A stretch of 64,000 nt of DNA from positions 183,837-247,836 of the forward strand of contig CAJIYW010000005.1 in NCBI GenBank assembly GCA_905181765.1. The letters run 5' to 3'. The position numbers and the translations under genes are program-made. Positions 56,195 through 64,000 of this stretch are shown here, piece after piece. The stretch comes from Flavobacteriales bacterium UBA6772. GTDB taxonomy: Bacteria > Bacteroidota > Bacteroidia > Flavobacteriales > Flavobacteriaceae. The notes under the pieces are model-generated. The model was not told where the DNA came from. It did not search any database and saw only the letters and a list, made by a program, of their open reading frames with translations. How positions within the stretch are numbered: the first letter of the stretch is position 1; each line of letters begins with the position of its first letter.

Positions 56195-56542
56195 TTATTT
56201 CTTTTTTCCTTCTTCTGTAAAATTTTCAGTCAAACCTTTTTCTGTTTTTACGATACTAACAATGATAGATAAAAACACAAAAGCCATGGGTTGCCAGGTT
56301 AGTGCTGCATTTAAAAAAGTTACAAACGCCAAGCCAGCAAGAAAAGAAATGCCTGCATAAATTAACAAACTTTTATTAAAAGAGGTGTTTGCATAATCCC
56401 ATATTTGTTGATTCTGAGTTGCTTTCGGTGTTCTATAACCATATAAACTATTTATTTTCTTAGGTGGAAATTTCCAAAAAATAATGCTAATTAAAAACAA
56501 TAATCCATTTGTGGTAAACACATATAATAAAGCATCATTCAT
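56195..56542 (-). CDS. SdpI-family membrane protein
   Basis: PPKKINSLYGYRT...W.YAN. Confidence 0.85.
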   Translation of the reverse strand: MNDALLYVFTTNGLLFLISIIFWKFPPKKINSLYGYRTPKATQNQQIWDYANTSFNKSLLIYAGISFLAGLAFVTFLNAALTWQPMAFVFLSIIVSIVKTEKGLTENFTEEGKKK

Positions 56543-56571
56543 CTTTCTATTTTTTTAAAATTTACTACCGC

Positions 56572-57438
56572 TTACTTTTTTACAGGTCTTAACAACCCTT
56601 CTTGAGCAAAAGATGCTATTAGTTTTCCATCTCTTGTAAATATATTTCCTTTAACCAAACCCCTTGACCCGTATGCATTTGGTGATTCGGCAGAAAATAA
56701 CATCCAATCATCAAAATCGAAATCTCTAAAAAACCACATCGAATGGTCTAGACTAGCTGTTTGGGTATTTGCAAAACTAAACTTACTCCCGTTAGGGTTA
56801 AAAGCAGCATTTAAGACATTGTAATCAGATATGTAGGTAAGAATTTCTTGTTTTGTTCTATAGTCTAAATCTATTTTTTCACCTTTTAAACGAAACCAAA
56901 CTTGTTCTGTTGCTGGCAAATCTTTTGGGTCTAAATGGTTTGGAACTCTTACAGGTTTAAACTCTATAGGTCTTTTTACACTTAAAAAGGCTTTTGTAGA
57001 TTTTGGTAAGAAATCACCAAATTGTGCTAACATATCGTCCCAACTTAATAATTCTTCTGGTTGCTTTATGTTCGCATCAAAATTTGTTTGATGTTCAAAA
57101 CCCTTTTCTTTTTTATGAAATGAGGCAGCTAAAATAAAAATGGATTTATCGTGTTGAATTGCAGTAACTCTTCGGGTAGAAAAACTTCCGCCATTTCGCA
57201 TTTCTTCTACTTTATACTGAATAGGGACCGTTAAATCTCCTGCTTCTAAAAAATAACTATGTAAAGAATGTAAAAAGCGATTTTCTGGTATGGTTCTATA
57301 GGCAGCATTTACAGCTTGTGCTAAAACTTGGCCACCAAAAACATGCGGACTTCCAATAGTATAACTATCTCCATTAAAGGTGTTGTTCCCTAAATTTTTT
57401 AAGTCTAAAAGGGCAATTAATTCTTGGCTAGTTTGCAT
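56572..57438 (-). CDS. tesB: Acyl-CoA thioesterase II
   Basis: VFGGQVLAQA, HSLHSYFL, ASLDHSMWF, QEGL. Confidence 0.92.
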   Translation of the reverse strand: MQTSQELIALLDLKNLGNNTFNGDSYTIGSPHVFGGQVLAQAVNAAYRTIPENRFLHSLHSYFLEAGDLTVPIQYKVEEMRNGGSFSTRRVTAIQHDKSIFILAASFHKKEKGFEHQTNFDANIKQPEELLSWDDMLAQFGDFLPKSTKAFLSVKRPIEFKPVRVPNHLDPKDLPATEQVWFRLKGEKIDLDYRTKQEILTYISDYNVLNAAFNPNGSKFSFANTQTASLDHSMWFFRDFDFDDWMLFSAESPNAYGSRGLVKGNIFTRDGKLIASFAQEGLLRPVKK

Positions 57439-58610
57439 TTATTCTGTTTTTTAAAAGGAAATTTTTGTTGAAACGGAGTCGGTTGAACTTTATGCAAAAA
57501 TAACTTTAAAATTTTGTTTTTTATGGTTTTCTTGTGACGAAGATACATCGTTAAATCTTGGGGAATTGCACCAACAGAACTTTTAATTTCGCTTGCGGTC
57601 CTGCCAAAATTAATTGTTTTTAATTTTTTACTAATCCCAATTTTTATATATTCATATAACATTCTTTGGTAAATGGCATATGTTCTATTTATCTGATAAT
57701 CAATGCCTACAAAATGTGCATCTAAAGAGTTTTTGTTTACTACGCCAGAGACAAAACCTACCATTTTATCTTCTAACCAATAGGTTTTTAAGATATAATC
57801 GTCACCCAGCTTTTCTTTTAAATCTCTATAAGTTTCTAAATTAAAATCACCCAAATTAAAGCCAGCATTAGCAGCAACTTTTTTGTACAAAGTGGTCATT
57901 TTCGGCAATTGTTCTTCAAAAGTACTTAAAGTAACTTCTCTTATTAAAAGTTCTGCACTTTGTTGATATGCTTTTCTTGCTTTTACTCTAAATTTTGTTT
58001 TCATTGCCGCCAAATAGTCATCGAAATTGTGCCAATTTTCCTCTAATTGAAGTTTCATATTTGGTGCTACAGAAAATGCATGATACTTATAATCTTTTAA
58101 CTCATCTGTAATAAAAAGAGATTCTTCTGCAAAGTCTTTTAGTAGGAATACATCTATCTGTTTTTTAAATATTTTATTAGAATTTACAAAATAATTAATG
58201 CTTTTTGCGAGTTCTTTTACAATTGCTTTTTTATCTTGATTTTCCTTTATAAAAACACCATGTTCCCCGCTTACAAAGGTGTTTCCACAAATTAAAAGTT
58301 TTAATGGTTTTTTATTTGGAAATATATGCAGTTTTCTACCAATATTTTTTAAAAAATCTAAATCGGTTTTAATTCCTTTTAAATAAAAGTCAATAATTTT
58401 TATACTAGCAAATGCAATTGGTTGCTTATGATTATCAACTAATACGATATATGAAAAAGTAATTTCTGAATGGTTTTTTTCTAAAGAAGTTAAAAATTTA
58501 GGGTTGAAATAAATATTACCTGCACAACCTAAGGCTTCCCAAGTTTGGGAAGGAATTGATGCTACAGAAGTGTAAAATAATGCAGTGCTTGTATTTTTAC
58601 AAAAGATCAA
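57417..58610 (-). CDS. GNAT/FemAB-like acetyltransferase domain protein
   Basis: FDDYLAAMKTKFR, DAHFVGIDY, INFGRTASEIKSSVGA. Confidence 0.75.
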   Translation of the reverse strand: MIFCKNTSTALFYTSVASIPSQTWEALGCAGNIYFNPKFLTSLEKNHSEITFSYIVLVDNHKQPIAFASIKIIDFYLKGIKTDLDFLKNIGRKLHIFPNKKPLKLLICGNTFVSGEHGVFIKENQDKKAIVKELAKSINYFVNSNKIFKKQIDVFLLKDFAEESLFITDELKDYKYHAFSVAPNMKLQLEENWHNFDDYLAAMKTKFRVKARKAYQQSAELLIREVTLSTFEEQLPKMTTLYKKVAANAGFNLGDFNLETYRDLKEKLGDDYILKTYWLEDKMVGFVSGVVNKNSLDAHFVGIDYQINRTYAIYQRMLYEYIKIGISKKLKTINFGRTASEIKSSVGAIPQDLTMYLRHKKTIKNKILKLFLHKVQPTPFQQKFPFKKQNKCKLAKN

Positions 58611-58807
58611 ATTAATTAATTGAGATTTTAGTATTTTGTAATAGTAAATAGACCGTATTCTTTTTTAAAGGTTAAAGATGCTGAAAAAAAAGTGGTTACA
58701 GAAACTTTAAATTTAAAATTTTAATAAACTTTCTTTGGCCATCATTTTTGGTGTCTTTTTAAATATAATTAACTGTATTTTTGTGCAGAATAAAAAATGA
58801 AATTTAG

Positions 58808-59389
58808 ATGGATTTATCTGCAAATGCTTGGGAGAATAGATATTTAAATAATGATATTGGTTGGGATTTGGGAGAAGTTTCGACTCCATTAAAAGAATAT
58901 TTTGACCAACTTGAAAACAAAGAAATTAAAATTTTAATTCCTGGTGGAGGAAACTCTTATGAAGCAGAATATTTATTTAATAACGGATTTGAAAATGTTT
59001 TTGTAGTTGATGTATCTAAATCTGCAATTGAGAATATTCAGAAAAGAATTCCTAATTTTCCGAGCAAGCATTTAATTAATGGAGATTTGTTTGAATTAGA
59101 AAACAAGTTCGACTTAATTATAGAACAAACTTTTTTTTGTGCCATAAATCCGAATCTTAGAGAAGCTTATGTTGTTAAAATGGACGAACTCTTAAAACCA
59201 AATGGCAAATTAGTAGGTCTTATGTTTAATGTCCCTTTAAATAAAGACAAGCCTCCGTTTGGTGGAAATAAAGAAGCATACATTGCATTTTTTAAGCCGT
59301 ACTTTAACATAGAAAAAATGGATACCTGTTACAATTCATTTGGAAACAGAAAAGGACGAGAATTATTTGTAAAGCTTCATAAAAAATAA
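58808..59389 (+). CDS. Thiopurine S-methyltransferase-family SAM methyltransferase
   Basis: W..RY.....GWD, LIPGGG, EQTFFCA, PPFG. Confidence 0.88.
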   Translation: MDLSANAWENRYLNNDIGWDLGEVSTPLKEYFDQLENKEIKILIPGGGNSYEAEYLFNNGFENVFVVDVSKSAIENIQKRIPNFPSKHLINGDLFELENKFDLIIEQTFFCAINPNLREAYVVKMDELLKPNGKLVGLMFNVPLNKDKPPFGGNKEAYIAFFKPYFNIEKMDTCYNSFGNRKGRELFVKLHKK

Positions 59390-59460
59390 ATACACAACTT
59401 TTTAAAAGTTAGCGATTAGAAATTGTTAAAAAGTTATTGTTTTCTATTAAGTTTGTAAAG

Positions 59461-59853
59461 ATGAGAAATACGTTAGGAAAACAAGAGCGTTTAAAAAGTA
59501 AAAAATTAATAGAAAAGCTCTATGCTGAAGGCGATTCTGTTAAAACTTTTCCTTTAAGAATGATGTATGTGCAAACAGTACATACGTCAGAATTTCCTTG
59601 TCAAGTAGGTGTTTCTGTAGCAAAAAGAAATTATAAATTAGCGGTAGATAGAAATAGGTTAAAGCGCTTAATGCGGGAAACATATAGATTGCAAAAACAA
59701 ATTGTTTACAACAATCTAGATAAGCCCTATGTTTTTATGATTTCGTATATTGGTAGGGAAGAAATTAAGTACGAAGATTTATACTTAAAAATGGAGAAAC
59801 TATTAACCCTGTTTATCGATAAAGTAAAAGTTAAAGCAGATGAGAGCATTTAA
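59461..59853 (+). CDS. rnpA: Ribonuclease P protein component
   Basis: ERLKSKK, VSVAKR..K.AVDRNRLKRLMRE. Confidence 0.95.
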   Translation: MRNTLGKQERLKSKKLIEKLYAEGDSVKTFPLRMMYVQTVHTSEFPCQVGVSVAKRNYKLAVDRNRLKRLMRETYRLQKQIVYNNLDKPYVFMISYIGREEIKYEDLYLKMEKLLTLFIDKVKVKADESI

Positions 59854-61476
59854 TCCTAAAAAGAAAGCTATTGTTCTATTATTAATAGGAATTGTTTTTT
59901 TAACCTATTCTTTTAAATCAAAGTTTTTTGAAGTTGCTAAACAAATAGAAATTTATAACTCTTTATTTAAAGAGTTAAATATGTATTATGTAGATGAAAT
60001 TAATCCTGCAGAATTTACTAATAAAGCTATTAAAAACACCCTAAAAGACTCTAGATCCTTACACCAGTTTTTATACTGAACAAGACGTAGAAACTGCTAG
60101 AATACGAAGAGCAGGAGAGTATGGAGGAATAGGAGTTGCAGTAAATTATATAGAACAAGGGATTCAAATAAGTGAAATTTACAAAGATTTTTCTGCAGAT
60201 AAAGCAGGCTTAAAAGCAGGAGATATTATTATTTCTGTAGACAACCAATCTCATAAAAAATAGAAAAGTAGAGGAGCTTTCCATGCTTTTAAAAGGAACG
60301 CCAAATAGTAAATTATCTATAGAAGTTAATAGACAAGGAGAAATATTTAGAAAAGATATTTTTAGAGATAAGGTGCTCATTAATGCTGTGCCATTTGCAG
60401 AAATGATTGATGAAAACATTGGTTATATTGCATTAACGCGTTTTAATGAAAAGGCATCTTCTGAAGTTAAAAAGGCTTATCGAAAATTAAAGAAACAAGG
60501 AATGACAAAGCTTGTTTTTGATTTGCGTTACAATCCTGGTGGTTCTTTATTAGAGTCGATTAGGATTTCTAATTTTTTCTTACCAAAAGGTAGGAAAATT
60601 GTGAGTACAAAAGCAAAAATTAAAAAATGGAGCACAACTTATAAAACTAAAAATGATCCTTTAGATTTAGAAATACCAATTGTTGTTTTAATAAATGAAC
60701 GCTCTGCATCTGCGTCTGAAATTGTAAGCGGTTCTTTGCAAGATTATGATAGAGCCGTAATTATGGGGAAGCGTTCTTTTGGTAAAGGTTTGGTGCAGCG
60801 TCAAAAAGAACTCACCTATGGCACACAATTAAAATTAACAATTTCTAAATACTATACACCAAGTGGTAGATGTATTCAGGAGTTAGACTATGAGAATAGA
60901 GATTCAAAAACAGGTAAAGTACCTAAATTTTCTGATAGAGGAATTAATGAATTTAAAACTGCAAACGGAAGAACAGTATATGACGGTGGAGGTGTAATGC
61001 CAGATGTTGAAATTAATACATCTAACAGAAATAAAACAACAGAAGAATTGTTAAAGTCAAAAGCTATTTTTGATTTTGCAACGCTTTACTTCTATGAAAA
61101 CAAAATACTAGAAAATCTGAGTGATTTTAAGTTTAAAAATTCAAGTTTTAATAAGTTTGTTGACTATTTGAAAATTGATACAACTTTTGTAATACCTCAA
61201 GAATCTTTGTTTAAAAAAGCTTTTTTATCAGCAAAAGAAAATAATATTTCAAGAGCATATAATGAAATTACAGAAAAAATAGAAGCATATAAAATCAATG
61301 AAATATCAAAAAATAAAGACATTATTTTAGAATTAATAAAGTCAGAAATTATAGAAAGATATTTTTATAAAGAAGGTGTTTATCAATACAATTTAAAGAA
61401 TGATAAAACTATTTCTGAAGCATTGTCTTTGCTGAAAAATAAACAAAAATATAGTAAAATTTTATCGGGGAAATAG
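59840..61476 (+). CDS. S41 carboxy-terminal processing peptidase (frameshifts in 5' third)
   Basis: DLRYNPGG, SASASEI, SFGKGLVQ, YYTPSGR. Confidence 0.92.
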
Positions 61477-61502
61477 CTTTATATTGCAATCTAAATATTC
61501 AT

Positions 61503-63191
61503 ATGTCAGAAATTAATAAAACACCTAGAACAAGAGCTCAAGAATCTACCAATGCTATAGAAAAACTATACATTTCTATGCGTCATTTGTTTAGTAGAGG
61601 CTTTTATAAGCCAATGGGTATTTCGGGAGAAACTTTACGCAAATCTTTACTACTTCTAAGACCAGAAATCTATGGCTCTATCGCAGAAGAAAGAATAGAG
61701 CTAAGTGGCTTAACCTATGTTATAGAGCGGCTTCCTGAAGGAATAGAAGAATGCCAATACATTAATTTAACGGCAGATGAGGGATATAAAAGCTCACATT
61801 TTAATTCAATTATTCCACCAAAGAGAAGAAGAAATTGCTATAGAATAGATAAAAATCAAATGAATATAGAGATTACCAGAGGGCGCTCTGAAATCTATGA
61901 TATTCTTACACATTTAACCTTTTTATTTATAGAATCTCATAAGATTCAAGAGAGAGTTACACTAAATGATGGTGAAGATTTTACCAGAGAATGGAAACAT
62001 TTAGAGGATACTGTTCTGCATCAAAAAGCAATTACTGCAGAAGAAAGAGAGGTTACTATTGTACATGTAGGTAATATTTTAGGAAGATCTTTTGATGAGG
62101 TTTTAGATATTTATAAAGTATTCTCTTCAAAGGAAAATCCGGATCGATTTTTTCAATTAATTTATTGGTTAGGGAAACTTGCTATAAATGAGGTAATAGA
62201 AAATAATAAAAGAACAGTAACATTTAGTTCTGTGCTTGTAGAAGAAATTGGGCATCATATTTACGGTGAAATTTGGGCCAATAATATTAAAAAAGTTTTA
62301 CATCAGAAGAGTTTGTTAGAGAGACCAATACACATTATAAGTGCAAATATGCACAGTGTATTAAATTCAATATATGCAAAAAATGCTTTGCCAAAAGAAG
62401 CCAAAGATTTAAAAGGGTTTGAACTGTATCAGCTTTTAAGTAATGCAGACAGTAAGCCATTACAGAAAAAAGTAAAGGATTTTGCCTCTTTAAATGGTCT
62501 TGATTACATAAAAGATACCTCGGGTACAAATATAAATGTACAAATTATAGATACTGCTGAAATAAACTTCGATGTTTTATCGTTCTCTAAAAAAGATATT
62601 TTAGAAGAGAATGCTGTAATTATTGTAATGGATTATGCTTTTGGTGAACAAGCGTATGAAACAATGGATGAATTGTTAAAGCCATATGCTAGTAAAAAGA
62701 ACAGTAAAACTCATTTAGATGTAAAATCTATATCAATAATGGGTAAAGCAGGAATTCTAGAAGGAGGCAAAGGAGATATTATGATTCCTTCTGCTCATAT
62801 TTTTGAAGGAACAGCAGATAACTATCCTTTTAAAAATGAGTTAGCTAAAGCTGATTTAGAAGGTTTTGGAATTGAAGTTTTTGATGGGTCTATGATTTCA
62901 GTTTTAGGAACATCATTGCAAAATAAAGATTTATTAAAGTTTTTTCATGATTCTACCTGGAATGTTATTGGTTTAGAAATGGAAGGAGCTCATTATCAAA
63001 AAGCAATACAATCTGCATCTAAAATTAGAGGTAATATTTCTGAAGATGTAAAAGTTAGATATGCATATTATGCTTCTGATAACCCATTAGAAACAGGCGC
63101 AACATTGGCTTCTGGAGGTTTAGGAATGACAGGCGTAACCCCAACATATGCCATTACTCAAAAAATAGTAGAACAAATTTTTAAGAATTAA
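61503..63191 (+). CDS. Conserved Bacteroidota protein (DUF6909-like, nucleoside phosphorylase-like C-terminus)
   Basis: MDYAFGEQA, IMGKAGIL, GLEMEG, YYASDNP. Confidence 0.75.
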   Translation: MSEINKTPRTRAQESTNAIEKLYISMRHLFSRGFYKPMGISGETLRKSLLLLRPEIYGSIAEERIELSGLTYVIERLPEGIEECQYINLTADEGYKSSHFNSIIPPKRRRNCYRIDKNQMNIEITRGRSEIYDILTHLTFLFIESHKIQERVTLNDGEDFTREWKHLEDTVLHQKAITAEEREVTIVHVGNILGRSFDEVLDIYKVFSSKENPDRFFQLIYWLGKLAINEVIENNKRTVTFSSVLVEEIGHHIYGEIWANNIKKVLHQKSLLERPIHIISANMHSVLNSIYAKNALPKEAKDLKGFELYQLLSNADSKPLQKKVKDFASLNGLDYIKDTSGTNINVQIIDTAEINFDVLSFSKKDILEENAVIIVMDYAFGEQAYETMDELLKPYASKKNSKTHLDVKSISIMGKAGILEGGKGDIMIPSAHIFEGTADNYPFKNELAKADLEGFGIEVFDGSMISVLGTSLQNKDLLKFFHDSTWNVIGLEMEGAHYQKAIQSASKIRGNISEDVKVRYAYYASDNPLETGATLASGGLGMTGVTPTYAITQKIVEQIFKN

Positions 63192-63213
63192 ATTGTAATA
63201 AGAAAAAGAACAA

Positions 63214-64000
63214 ATGTCAACAAATCAACAAAAAGAGAGTAGTAAAAGCAACAACGAAGAAGAAGTAGATTTAGGTTCTTTATTTGTAATTATTGGAAAA
63301 GGATTTTCTAACTTTTTTAATTTTATTGGGGACTATTTTTAAAGGTATTTTTCATTTTTTAATCACTATTTTGATTTTTCTTAGAGAAAATATTCTTAAA
63401 ATAGGAATTGCAGGTTTTATCGGTTTAATCGCAGGGTTTTTTCTGAGAAGTAAAATCACCTAAGAAATTCGAATCTGATATGTTATTGCAAACCTAATTT
63501 TGAAAGTACAAGACAATTGTATAATAATGTAAATTATTACAATGATTTGGTGAAACAAAAAGATACTGTTTCACTTCAAAAAATATTTAATTTAGACAAA
63601 AAGACAGCTGCATCTCTAGAAGAGTTTGAAATAGAACCGATAATCACTAATAGAGACATTATCAATGCTTATGATAATTTAATTGCTTCTGTAGATACTT
63701 TGACTATTAAAAGTTATGTATATGAAGCTTTTGAAGATTCATTTACGATTTACGATTATGAGGTTCATAAATTGAATGTTACAGCTAAGGAGAACGATGT
63801 TTTTAATAAGTTAGGGGATGTTATTATTTCTTCAGTAGTAAATAATAATTATTTTAAAAGGTTAAAGAAATTAACCAATGAAAACTTAAACAGAACCGAT
63901 TCTTTGTATCGTCAAAATTTAACTCAGATAGATTCTTTAAGAAGAGTTTACATGGAGGTCATGATTGAGGATGCAAAGAAGACCACAACTGGAACAAATA
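63214..64000 (+). CDS. Membrane protein with Wzz-like N-terminus, partial, frameshifted
   Basis: MSTNQQKE...EEEVDLGSLFVII, TM segment, PNFESTRQLY. Confidence 0.55.

Overview
AT-rich Bacteroidota (Flavobacteriaceae, Polaribacter/Tenacibaculum-like) chromosomal window: it carries gldH, porZ, T9SS C-terminal domains and TANNTTTG promoters. From ~16.6 kb onward it is mostly core genes (ribE, pdxA, rpmF-fabH-accB-accC, asd, trhO, ricT-gldH-PBP1A, scoAB, xth, mltD, trpS, porZ-recO, rnpA). Many genes, including essential ones, are broken by 1-2 nt indels, so most frameshifts are probably consensus/assembly errors. The accessory part is 2.4-16.3 kb, a stacked integration hotspot at a tRNA(CAU). It has two further tRNA 3'-end copies, a decayed integrase 5' fragment and arm-like repeats. 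Its cargo includes (i) a ~6.5 kb T9SS-secreted BspA/DUF285 gene built from four near-identical N-cap/C-cap modules holding 7, 6, 11 and 1 ~75-bp repeats whose variation and indels cluster in a few codons, (ii) a second DUF285 lipoprotein sharing the same C-cap DNA, and (iii) a cassette-like row of three genes, each followed by a copy of a tyrosine-integrase 3' tail. All coordinates and alignments were read by eye; no searches were run.
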